From Bacteroidota bacterium (GTDB taxonomy: Bacteria; Bacteroidota; Bacteroidia; Chitinophagales; JADIYW01), in NCBI GenBank assembly GCA_039797705.1, contig JBDKHK010000023.1, forward strand, positions 1 through 60,472: a stretch of 60,472 nt of DNA. Reading direction: 5' to 3'. A model generated the notes under the pieces. It searched no databases. It had not been told where the DNA came from and was given only the letters and a program-made list of their open reading frames with translations. The stretch's first letter is position 1. The number at the start of each line of letters is the position of its first letter. Both the position numbers and the translations under genes were made by a program. Below are positions 44,211 through 52,563 of the stretch, one piece after another.

Positions 44211-44364
44211 ATGTGAACACAGTAAAAACCGGCAAAGAACGCGCCAAGCACAAATAATGCCACAGCAACCACCAGCAAAATCAGATTTAAGTTTATTGTA
44301 AGCGCAGAAATTGCGACACCAAATGCTACAGCTAATTGTAAATCAACAAGTTATAACGTTTTTG

Positions 44365-44451
44365 CGGAGACGGTGAGATTCGAACTCACGATACAGTTTC
44401 CCATATACACACTTTCCAGGCGTGCTCCTTCAACCACTCGGACACGTCTCC
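44365..44451 (-). tRNA. tRNA-Ser (anticodon GGA), CCA not encoded
   Basis: Acceptor GGAGACG/CGTCTCC, anticodon arm CACGC-CTGGAAA-GTGTG, long variable arm, GTTCGAATC T-loop, discriminator G. Confidence 0.97.
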
Positions 44452-44458
44452 TTTTTAG

Positions 44459-44525
44459 AAGTAAGTAGTGAGTATCAAGTACTAATCCTTTTATTCTTAC
44501 TACTTGCTACTTTTATCCTACTACT
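44459..44525. repeat. Two-armed heptamer tract (AGTAAGT AGTGAGT ATCAAGT / TTCTTAC TACTTGC TACT...)
   Basis: Complementary 7-periodic arms between the acyl-CoA dehydrogenase stop and the tRNA 5' end. Confidence 0.55.
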
Positions 44526-44528
44526 TTT

Positions 44529-45677
44529 TTATATTTTTCCTGTAAGAACTCCTCTCGAAATAACAATCCGTTGCACTTCGGATGTTCCTTCATAAATTTG
44601 AGTAATTTTTGCATCACGCATTAATCGCTCTACATGATACTCTTTTACATATCCATAGCCACCGTGCACTTGAACCGCTTCTGTTGTTACATGCATTGCC
44701 ACTTCTGATGCAAATAATTTTGCAGTAGCAGAAGCAATCGCATAATCCTGATGTTGGTCTTTCAACCAAGCTGCTTTATATACCAATAAACGTGCTGCTT
44801 CAATTTGTGTTGCCATGTCTGCCAACTTAAATTGAATAATCTGATGGTTTGCAATTTCAGTTCCAAATGCTTTGCGCACTTTTGCATATTCCACTGCTAA
44901 CTCATACGCACCGGCTGCGATGCCTAATGCTTGTGCTGCAATACCAATTCTCCCGCCTTCCAGTGTTTTCATTGCAAATTTGAATCCAAATCCATCTTCA
45001 CCAATTCTATTTTCTTTTGGCACTTTCACATCTGTAAATAATAAAGAATGTGTATCAGAAGCACGAATACCTAATTTGTCTTCTTTTGCACCAATTTCAA
45101 AACCCGGCATTCCCTTTTCTACTATCAATACATTAATTCCTCGATGTCCTTTTTCAGGATGTGTTTGAGCAATTACTAAATAGGTGTCGGCTTTCCCACC
45201 GTTAGTAATCCAGTTTTTTGTACCGTTTAATAAATAATAATCTCCTTTGTCTTCGGCAGTTGTTTTTTGAGAAGTGGCATCACTTCCGGCTTCCGGTTCG
45301 CTTAATGCAAACGCACCTAATTTTTTACCAGATGCTAAAGGAACTAAATATTTTTGTTTTTGCTCTTCCGTTCCATAAGCTTCTAATCCCCAACAAACCA
45401 ACGAATTATTTACCGACATGGCCACTGAACAAGAAGCATCTAATTTGGAAATTTCTTCCATAGCAATGCAGTACGAAACAGCATCCATGCCACCGCCACC
45501 GTATTTGGTGTCCACCATCATGCCCATAAAACCAAGCTCACCCATTTGTTTTAAAAATTCTGTTGGATGAATCATGTCTCTATCACGGTCAATAACGCCC
45601 GGTTTCAATACATTTTGCGTGAAATTGCGTGCCATTTCACGTATTTGCTGATGCTCTTCGGTAAGTTGAAAATTCAT
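44529..45677 (-). CDS. Acyl-CoA dehydrogenase (short-chain/butyryl-CoA type)
   Basis: FALSEPEAGSD, NGTKNWITNG, QVHGGYGY, QIYEGTSEVQ. Confidence 0.96.
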   Translation of the reverse strand: MNFQLTEEHQQIREMARNFTQNVLKPGVIDRDRDMIHPTEFLKQMGELGFMGMMVDTKYGGGGMDAVSYCIAMEEISKLDASCSVAMSVNNSLVCWGLEAYGTEEQKQKYLVPLASGKKLGAFALSEPEAGSDATSQKTTAEDKGDYYLLNGTKNWITNGGKADTYLVIAQTHPEKGHRGINVLIVEKGMPGFEIGAKEDKLGIRASDTHSLLFTDVKVPKENRIGEDGFGFKFAMKTLEGGRIGIAAQALGIAAGAYELAVEYAKVRKAFGTEIANHQIIQFKLADMATQIEAARLLVYKAAWLKDQHQDYAIASATAKLFASEVAMHVTTEAVQVHGGYGYVKEYHVERLMRDAKITQIYEGTSEVQRIVISRGVLTGKI

Positions 45678-45833
45678 TTTATTGAAATTTGAGATTGCGA
45701 AAATACGATTTTAATTTGAAAAGGAGATAATTTGAAAAGGAATTAAAGGAAGAGATTTCTTTAACAATAATCAACTATTTTTTTCCATAATTATTAATCT
45801 GAACTCCAGTTACAAAGTTCAATTAAGTTAAAA

Positions 45834-45898
45834 TGCACAACAGAATAATCATTTATCTATTATTTTGTTGATTTTGTTGTGCAATTTACGTAAGTTTG
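45834..45898 (+). promoter_or_regulatory. Promoter (-7 TAAGTTTG at 45891-45898) with upstream inverted-repeat operator candidate
   Basis: TGCACAACAGAAT (45834-45846) vs ATTTTGTTGTGCA (45871-45883), 12/13 inverted match. Confidence 0.55.
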
Positions 45899-45918
45899 TA
45901 GATGCTAAATTAAGAATT

Positions 45919-47088
45919 ATGCAAAAGCTTTATCAAAAATATGAAACATTATTACAGCATACAACAATGGATTTTAAGCGATATTTGTATGGTAAAGTTG
46001 TTTGGAATAGTCGAATGACAGGAGTTATCGGTAGTCGTGGCGTCGGAAAAACAACTATGATTTTGCAATATATCAAAGAAAATTTAGATACTAAGAAGGC
46101 TTTGTATGTATCGGCAGATGATATGTATTTTGGAGAAAATAGATTAATTGATTTAGCCGATAATTTTTATAAGTCAGCCGGCGAATATTTATTTATAGAC
46201 GAAATTCATAAATATGCTGACTGGTCTCAGGAATTAAAAAATATTTATGACTCATTTCCTGGATTAAGAATAATTTTTACAGGTTCTTCGGTTTTAGATA
46301 TTCTCAAAGGTTCCGCAGATTTGAGTCGCCGTGCAATTATATACCATCTGCAAGGGCTTTCGTTTAGAGAATATCTGAAATTATTTCATAATTATGATGT
46401 TGATATTTACCCATTAGAGCAAATTATTAAAAATGAGGTAAAACTTTCTGAAATTAAACATCCCTTACCTTTTTTTAAAGACTATCTGAAACGTGGTTAT
46501 TATCCATTTGGGCTGGAGGAAGCATTTGATTTACGTCTTGGACAAATTATTGTTCAAACTTTAGAAACAGATATTCCTCAATATGCCAACTTAAATATAG
46601 GGACCGGCAGAAAATTAAAACGTTTACTGTCTATTATTGCGGAAAGTGTACCATTTAAACCAAATTTTTCTAAAATTTCAGAGCTGATTGGTGTGAGCAG
46701 AAATTCATTAGACGATTATTTTCAATATATGGAGAAGGCAGGTCTTATTGGGCAACTCCGGGATGAAACAAGTGGTTTACGTGGATTAGGCAAGGTTGAT
46801 AAAGTGTATTTAGATAATACCAATCTGATTTACAATTTAGTTGGAGAGCAGTCTAATATTGGGAATATTAGAGAAACCGTTTTTTTTAATCAAATGAGCA
46901 ATCAGCATAATATTATTGCTTCCCAAAATGCTGATTTTATTATTGGCGATTACACATTTGAAATTGGCGGTAAAAACAAACAACAAAGACAAATTAAGCA
47001 AGATAATAAATCATTTATTGTAAAAGATGATATAGAATATGGCTATCAGAATGTGATACCTTTGTGGGCATTTGGATTAAACTACTAA
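45919..47088 (+). CDS. AAA_14 / DUF4143-type ATPase with a C-terminal restriction-endonuclease-like domain
   Basis: GSRGVGKTT, FIDEIH, FTGSS, LSFREY, GYYP, KVYLDN, ADF...FEIGGK; ATG at 45919. Confidence 0.85.
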   Translation: MQKLYQKYETLLQHTTMDFKRYLYGKVVWNSRMTGVIGSRGVGKTTMILQYIKENLDTKKALYVSADDMYFGENRLIDLADNFYKSAGEYLFIDEIHKYADWSQELKNIYDSFPGLRIIFTGSSVLDILKGSADLSRRAIIYHLQGLSFREYLKLFHNYDVDIYPLEQIIKNEVKLSEIKHPLPFFKDYLKRGYYPFGLEEAFDLRLGQIIVQTLETDIPQYANLNIGTGRKLKRLLSIIAESVPFKPNFSKISELIGVSRNSLDDYFQYMEKAGLIGQLRDETSGLRGLGKVDKVYLDNTNLIYNLVGEQSNIGNIRETVFFNQMSNQHNIIASQNADFIIGDYTFEIGGKNKQQRQIKQDNKSFIVKDDIEYGYQNVIPLWAFGLNY

Positions 47089-47157
47089 AGAAAATTCAAA
47101 TATCTAAATCAAGATACTCAGGAATTTTAGGATTTTCAGAAAACTCAAAATGTCCCG

Positions 47158-47224
47158 GTCGTTGAGAACGTAGTGAAGCAATCTAAAAAGAAGAGATAGC
47201 TTTGTCGTTCCTCCTCGCTATGAC
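47158..47224. repeat. Degenerate palindromic REP/RPE-like element
   Basis: GAAGCAATCT...AGATAGCTTT and CTCGCTATGAC end resemble the GTCATTGCGAG...GAAGCAATCT/AGATTGCTTC...CTCGCAATGAC palindrome type. Confidence 0.55.
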
Positions 47225-47284
47225 GCACTCATTTTATCTGTGTTTATTTTAATTCGAGAATTGTAAATTGTTTTTTATCTGAAC

Positions 47285-47716
47285 CTATAAATTTCTTTCT
47301 TCAATAATCTTAGTGGTAGAAAAACCCTCTAATAATGGAATAATCATCACTTGTTCTGCAATTGTATTTCCTACAATTTCTTCTTTTTTATAATCCCCTC
47401 CTTTTACAATAATTGAAGGTCTTATTTTTTCTGTAAGTTGCAGTGGAGTATCTTCTGAAAATGAAATTATAAAATCAGGAATTTTGGTGTCTTCTAAATG
47501 CTTTATTCTAACGGCTAAAGTCTCTATGGGACGTGTTTCGCCTTTCAACCTTTTTACAGAAGCATCATCGTTTATCCCAACAATTAAAATAGCTCCAAGT
47601 TTTTTGGCTTCCTTTAATAAATGTAAATGTCCCTCGTGTAATAAATCAAAACAACCATTCGTAAATACTACTTTTTGATGGCTTTGGATAGAATTTAAAA
47701 ATGACTGAATATCCAT
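47285..47716 (-). CDS. rfaE2: RfaE domain II-type nucleotidyltransferase (heptose-1-phosphate adenylyltransferase-like)
   Basis: VFTNGCFDLLHEGH, SVKRLKG.TRP, VKGGDY, STT.II. Confidence 0.88.
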   Translation of the reverse strand: MDIQSFLNSIQSHQKVVFTNGCFDLLHEGHLHLLKEAKKLGAILIVGINDDASVKRLKGETRPIETLAVRIKHLEDTKIPDFIISFSEDTPLQLTEKIRPSIIVKGGDYKKEEIVGNTIAEQVMIIPLLEGFSTTKIIEERNL

Positions 47717-47746
47717 TTGTATTTAATGTAAAAGAAAAATGGAAAA

Positions 47747-48745
47747 TTATTTTCTGTTGGTTAAATTTAATAAAATCAACGAAATAACACCGCCTACTAA
47801 AACACCCACTGTTTGCACCGCCCAAGCTATCATTCCTATAGCTAATGCAATGCTTGGATTAATAGTAAAAGCCACTAAAATAGCTTGGATTACAATTGGG
47901 AAAATTCCAATGCCTCCCGGCGTGAGTACAACAGATATTGAGCCAAAAAACAAACAGACCAATGCAGCTACAAAAGGTAAATTAAAGGTTTCGGGCAGTG
48001 CTTTAAAATTTACATAAAACATCACTAAATAAGCCAACCACATGCTGATAGTGAGCAATATAAATTGTGGTTTTTCTTTTATATCTTTTATAGATAAAAT
48101 AGAAAAAAATAAACTTTTAATTTTCGATAAAATAAGTTCTTTTAATTCTTGAAATCCGTTTTTTTGAATGTACCATACAGAAAAACCTCCGATGCCCACT
48201 ATTAATAAAACCGGAACTGCATATTTTAAAATGATAGACAATGTTCCACCTTTTATGCCTGCCGTAAGTTGCTGAAATTCGTTGTAAATAGAATTGAAAT
48301 TTTCTTGTCCTAAAAAAAGAAGAATACACAAGAAAACACCGCCTAAACAGATGACATCCAATAAGCGTTCTGTCACCATGGTTCCGATAGATTTTTCTAC
48401 TGGAACTTTTTCATATTCTGCCAGCATGGTACAGCGCGTAACTTCGCCTAATCTTGGAACAAAAAGATTGAAGAAATACATTACCATTACGGAGTGAAAG
48501 GTATTCCAATAATTTGGATTGTATCCAAGTGGTCTTAACATTAATCGCCAACGTTGTGTGCGGATAAAATTGGCTAAAAAACCAATTAGTGGTGCCAGTA
48601 GAACCCAGAAATAATTGGCACGTTTAAAAGCAAGAATCGTTTCTTCTTTGTCGGCTTCGGACATACTGTTCCAAAACCATATAATTAGTCCAATACCTAA
48701 GCCTAAAGAGATGATTATTTTGATAAAAGTTTTTGCATTCTTCAT
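47747..48745 (-). CDS. Lysylphosphatidylglycerol synthase TM-domain (flippase-like) protein
   Basis: R..RW, PRLGEVTRC, ERLLD, TPGGIG; multiple TM helices. Confidence 0.85.
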   Translation of the reverse strand: MKNAKTFIKIIISLGLGIGLIIWFWNSMSEADKEETILAFKRANYFWVLLAPLIGFLANFIRTQRWRLMLRPLGYNPNYWNTFHSVMVMYFFNLFVPRLGEVTRCTMLAEYEKVPVEKSIGTMVTERLLDVICLGGVFLCILLFLGQENFNSIYNEFQQLTAGIKGGTLSIILKYAVPVLLIVGIGGFSVWYIQKNGFQELKELILSKIKSLFFSILSIKDIKEKPQFILLTISMWLAYLVMFYVNFKALPETFNLPFVAALVCLFFGSISVVLTPGGIGIFPIVIQAILVAFTINPSIALAIGMIAWAVQTVGVLVGGVISLILLNLTNRK

Positions 48746-48764
48746 GGGAAACGAAGGTACAAAA

Positions 48765-49118
48765 TTAATGTGGCAATGCCTGATTGTTTTCGTCCACGTA
48801 AACAGAAACAGGGGTGTGGTTTTTAGCTTCTTCTAAAGAAAGCATACCATACGCAATTACGATGATTTTATCGCCGAGTTGCACTTTTCTGGCGGCTGGG
48901 CCATTTAAACAAATTTGTCCGGAACCACGCTCGCCTTTGATGACATACGTTTCAAAACGTTCGCCGTTATTTATATTAACAATTTGCACTTTCTCATTTG
49001 GAATAATACCAGAGACGTCCAATAGGTTTTCATCAATGGTAATGCTTCCCATGTAATTGAGGTTTGCTTCTGTAACAACAACACGGTGTAATTTTGCTCT
49101 AAAAACGGATACTAACAT
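48765..49118 (-). CDS. panD: Aspartate 1-decarboxylase
   Basis: [13 protein letters not shown] cleavage site, [15 protein letters not shown]. Confidence 0.98.
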   Translation of the reverse strand: MLVSVFRAKLHRVVVTEANLNYMGSITIDENLLDVSGIIPNEKVQIVNINNGERFETYVIKGERGSGQICLNGPAARKVQLGDKIIVIAYGMLSLEEAKNHTPVSVYVDENNQALPH

Positions 49119-49214
49119 TTCTTTATTTTCGATACAAAGTTATAGATATTTACGAAAAATCAAATTATATAAGGATTAAGAAAAAACGAAACTATTGATT
49201 AACAACGTAGTAAT

Positions 49215-50066
49215 TTATTGAAGAATGATGTTGTCTATCAATCTTACCTCGCCCACTTTTGCTGCAATTAATGCTGTCAAAGGCATTTCTTTTTGATAAG
49301 TATCCACAGGCTCTAAAGTTTTTCCGTTTACGATGGATAAATACTCCACTTTTATAGTAGAATCTTCGCTTAAATGATTGATTTGTTCTTGGATTAACTC
49401 AGTCATTGGAATTTGCTCCATATTTTCTTTTAAATAAAATAATGCTTGAGATAGTTTGATGGCTGTTTTTCTTTCTTCTGGATTTAATCTTGCATTTCTG
49501 CTGCTCATAGCCAGTCCGTCTTCCTCCCGTTTTGTTGCACCAATAATTAGTTGGGTAGGCAATTGGTAATGTTCAATCAGTTTTGAAATGACCATGCATT
49601 GCTGATAATCTTTTTGTCCTAAAAATAAAAAATCAGGTTGAACAATATCCAGCAGCCGCTTTACTACCTGCAAAACACCTTCAAAATGTCCGGGGCGGTG
49701 AGCTGCTTCTAAGGTTTTTCCGATAAATCCTAAATCAACCGATGTTTTATCGTGTGTCCCAACGGGATATATTTCTTCGACAGAAGGAACAAATACCACC
49801 TCACAGCCAACCGTCAAAAGCATTTCCAAATCTCTGTCTAAGTGAATAGGGTATTTTTCATAATCCTTTTTATCATTAAACTGAGTAGGATTTACAAAAA
49901 TACTGCAAACCGTTAAAGTAGTTTTCTCTTTGGATGCCCTGATTAGTGAAAGATGCCCTTCGTGTAAAGCTCCCATGGTGGGAACAAAACCAATAGTTTT
50001 TTCTTCTAATTTATTGATATTCAATAAGTAATTTTGGAGTTCGATGGCTGTTTGAAAAACTTGCAC
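49215..50066 (-). CDS. panC: Pantoate-beta-alanine ligase
   Basis: PTMGALHEGH, FVNPTQF, RPGHF, GQKDYQQ, GLAMSSRN, RLIDN; GTG start. Confidence 0.98.
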   Translation of the reverse strand: MQVFQTAIELQNYLLNINKLEEKTIGFVPTMGALHEGHLSLIRASKEKTTLTVCSIFVNPTQFNDKKDYEKYPIHLDRDLEMLLTVGCEVVFVPSVEEIYPVGTHDKTSVDLGFIGKTLEAAHRPGHFEGVLQVVKRLLDIVQPDFLFLGQKDYQQCMVISKLIEHYQLPTQLIIGATKREEDGLAMSSRNARLNPEERKTAIKLSQALFYLKENMEQIPMTELIQEQINHLSEDSTIKVEYLSIVNGKTLEPVDTYQKEMPLTALIAAKVGEVRLIDNIILQ

Positions 50067-50216
50067 AATGATGGAGTTTATAAGTTAGATTTCTGCGATT
50101 AAATCCTCAAAAACATTAGAAAACCTTGATATTTATTGTTTTAGCTATAAGTGTAAAGAATACTTAAAATATTCTTCGGTCGTATATTCTAAAGCAATTA
50201 TACCGCTTTAATTTCG

Positions 50217-50224
50217 TATCTTTG
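50217..50224 (+). promoter_or_regulatory. Sigma-A -7 element (TATCTTTG) for the GT5-DUF4270-glmS operon
   Basis: Exact TAnnTTTG 45 nt upstream of ATG 50270. Confidence 0.6.
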
Positions 50225-50269
50225 CACACTATTTTATCATAAAATTAAAATTTAACAGAAAAGCGGCGT

Positions 50270-51076
50270 ATGGAAAGGAAGAAATTATTGTATGTAACTC
50301 AAGAGTTAGATCCTTATTTGGTATTATCAGAAGCAGGAAATATAGTTAAAAAATTAGCCCCTTATGTTAATGATAACGGATTAGAAGTAAGAATTTTAAT
50401 GCCAAGATTTGGAATAATTAATGAACGCAGAAACCGATTACATGAAGTAGTTCGTTTATCAGGAATTAATATTATTATCAATGATGATGACTATCCATTG
50501 ATAATTAAAGTAGCATCCTTGCCAGGAGCAAGAATACAGGTTTATTTCTTAGATAATGAAGAATTTTTTAAACGTAAATCTGTCTTTAGAGAAGAAGATG
50601 AAACATTCTTTGAAGATAATGCAGAGCGAATGGTTTTTTTCTGCAAAGCAACTTTAGAAACGGTTAAGAAATTTGGATGGCACCCAAATATCATTCACTG
50701 CCACGGATGGATGACCAGCTTGATTCCAGTATATTTGAAAACACAATTTGCTAAAGATCCTGTATTTGCCAATACTAAAATGGTGTATAGTGTTTATGAA
50801 AATGATTTTTCAGAAAAATTAAACAAAAGTTTCTTAAAAACTGCTTTGATTGGGGATGAAATAAAAGAAAAAGACTTGGCGGCGTTTAAAGATTTAACTA
50901 ATGAGTCGTTGGTTTTGGGAGGCGTTCAATATGCTGATGCTGTAATCCAAGGCTCTGAAAGCATAGACTTAAAAAGCATAAAAAAATCTGTTGGCAAAAA
51001 ACCATTTTTAGAGTATCAGCCATTAGATAATATCTTAACCACCTACTCAGAGTTTTATCAATCATTATTACAATAA
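50270..51076 (+). CDS. Stand-alone glycogen/starch synthase N-terminal (GT5) domain protein
   Basis: VRILMPRFG, VYFLDN, DNAER..FF, IIHCHGWMT; lacks the KxGGL motif and the second Rossmann domain. Confidence 0.85.
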   Translation: MERKKLLYVTQELDPYLVLSEAGNIVKKLAPYVNDNGLEVRILMPRFGIINERRNRLHEVVRLSGINIIINDDDYPLIIKVASLPGARIQVYFLDNEEFFKRKSVFREEDETFFEDNAERMVFFCKATLETVKKFGWHPNIIHCHGWMTSLIPVYLKTQFAKDPVFANTKMVYSVYENDFSEKLNKSFLKTALIGDEIKEKDLAAFKDLTNESLVLGGVQYADAVIQGSESIDLKSIKKSVGKKPFLEYQPLDNILTTYSEFYQSLLQ

Positions 51077-51094
51077 TCGCTTCCAAACTTGTCA

Positions 51095-52495
51095 ATGAAA
51101 AATAAATATTTAATCTATTTCGTTACGCTATTAACAATTCTATCTTCCAGTTGTAAAAAAGAAAGTAGTATTGGCGCTGATATTTTACCTGGAGATGACC
51201 TATTAAATGTAAAATATACAGACACTTTTACTATTAACGGAAAAACAATAGCAGATACCTTTTTAAGAACAGATAAGCTCGCTATAAATTATTTAGGTGT
51301 TATTAATGATAGTAAATTTGGTATTCAAAAAGCCAGCATTGCAATTGAATTTGATAAACCAACCGGCGTGTATGACGACTCTTTAAATACCACTTACACC
51401 ATAGACTCGGTGGTGCTGTTTATGAATTACTCTTCTGTTTATGGAGATACAACAGTTCCTCAAAATTTTGAAGTAACTACTTTACCGAATAAAATCAATG
51501 AAACGCAAATTTATTATTCCAATGCAACTGGATTTACCGGAGGAAGTGTTTTAGGTACGGCAAATGATTATCTATTTACCCCAACAACCAATTGGGTACA
51601 CATGACCCGTACAGATTCAGTAGGATTGCCTGGGATTATGAGAATAAAACTAAACTCATCTTTTGGGAATAATATTATTGATTTAGGCCGAAATGTATTG
51701 AGAGATTCTTCTCTGTTTAAAAATGCATTTCCAGGTATTTTAGTAGCTAACTCAGATAATGCAGGAAAAGCAATGGCTGAAATAAATACAGGTTCAAATT
51801 TTACTTCAATAGTGATTTTTTATAAAGATAAATATAATGCTCCTAAAGAAATGAGGTTGTATTCTTCTATTGTGAAATATGTAAATGGCGTTGCAGGAAC
51901 TAGAGTGAATGGCGTTAATTTATTCTCCAACACATTGAACTCAACAGTAAATAATGTTATTAGTTCTGGTGAAAATTCAGACTCAATAAACTATGTGTTA
52001 GGACAAGGAGGTGCATTAATGAAATTATCCATGCCAACATTAACAAATCTGGGTAAGGTAGCAGTAAATAAAGCAATGATATCAGTTTCACAAATCATAC
52101 AAAATTCAAATATTGCATTTACTCAGCCATCCTATTTTATTATATTAAAAAGAAATACAGCGGGAAATTTAGATATTATATCAACAGGAGATGGTGCAGG
52201 AATTGCAGATACATCAGGAAGAGATGTATATGGTAATAAAATAGCAGTTTATAATTTTAATATATCAAAATATGTGCAAGCGATATCTTCGGGTTCCGAA
52301 AATAATACAGATTTATATTTAGCAACGTATAGGTTTGCAGGAACGGATCCTGCAATAAATATATTAAACAGTTCTGTTAATAATACTCTGTTAAATATTG
52401 GATATGTGCCTTCGAGAGTGATAGTAGCAGGACCAAATTACTCTGATCCAAAATACAAATTGAAATTAAATCTGACTTATACCTTAATAAAATAA
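51095..52495 (+). CDS. DUF4270-like lipoprotein
   Basis: Lipobox LSSC-KKE, IDSVVLF, FKNAFPGI, YNFNISKY, LKLNLTYT; position between the GT5 gene and glmS. Confidence 0.75.
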   Translation: MKNKYLIYFVTLLTILSSSCKKESSIGADILPGDDLLNVKYTDTFTINGKTIADTFLRTDKLAINYLGVINDSKFGIQKASIAIEFDKPTGVYDDSLNTTYTIDSVVLFMNYSSVYGDTTVPQNFEVTTLPNKINETQIYYSNATGFTGGSVLGTANDYLFTPTTNWVHMTRTDSVGLPGIMRIKLNSSFGNNIIDLGRNVLRDSSLFKNAFPGILVANSDNAGKAMAEINTGSNFTSIVIFYKDKYNAPKEMRLYSSIVKYVNGVAGTRVNGVNLFSNTLNSTVNNVISSGENSDSINYVLGQGGALMKLSMPTLTNLGKVAVNKAMISVSQIIQNSNIAFTQPSYFIILKRNTAGNLDIISTGDGAGIADTSGRDVYGNKIAVYNFNISKYVQAISSGSENNTDLYLATYRFAGTDPAINILNSSVNNTLLNIGYVPSRVIVAGPNYSDPKYKLKLNLTYTLIK

Positions 52496-52563
52496 AATTA
52501 GTTTATTAATTTCCCAGCAAAATCGGTATAATATTTGTTTCTCTTTACAAAAATTAAATTTAT

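Larger units (their letters stand above)
42548..44379. mobile_element. Integrase-less mini-island or prophage/satellite remnant at tRNA-Ser(GGA)
   Basis: 29-bp direct repeats overlapping the tRNA 3' end; cargo of a TA pair and small orphan ORFs. Confidence 0.85.

Noticed and set aside
44051-44257. 68-aa ORF as a real protein
   Set aside because: TTG start lies in the promoter-like segment and the frame crosses the RNA stem; better explained as a structured RNA, though a leader peptide from ATG 44099 is not excluded
52496-52563. glmS ribozyme upstream of glmS
   Set aside because: The spacer is only 68 nt, AT-rich, and shows no recognisable ribozyme core
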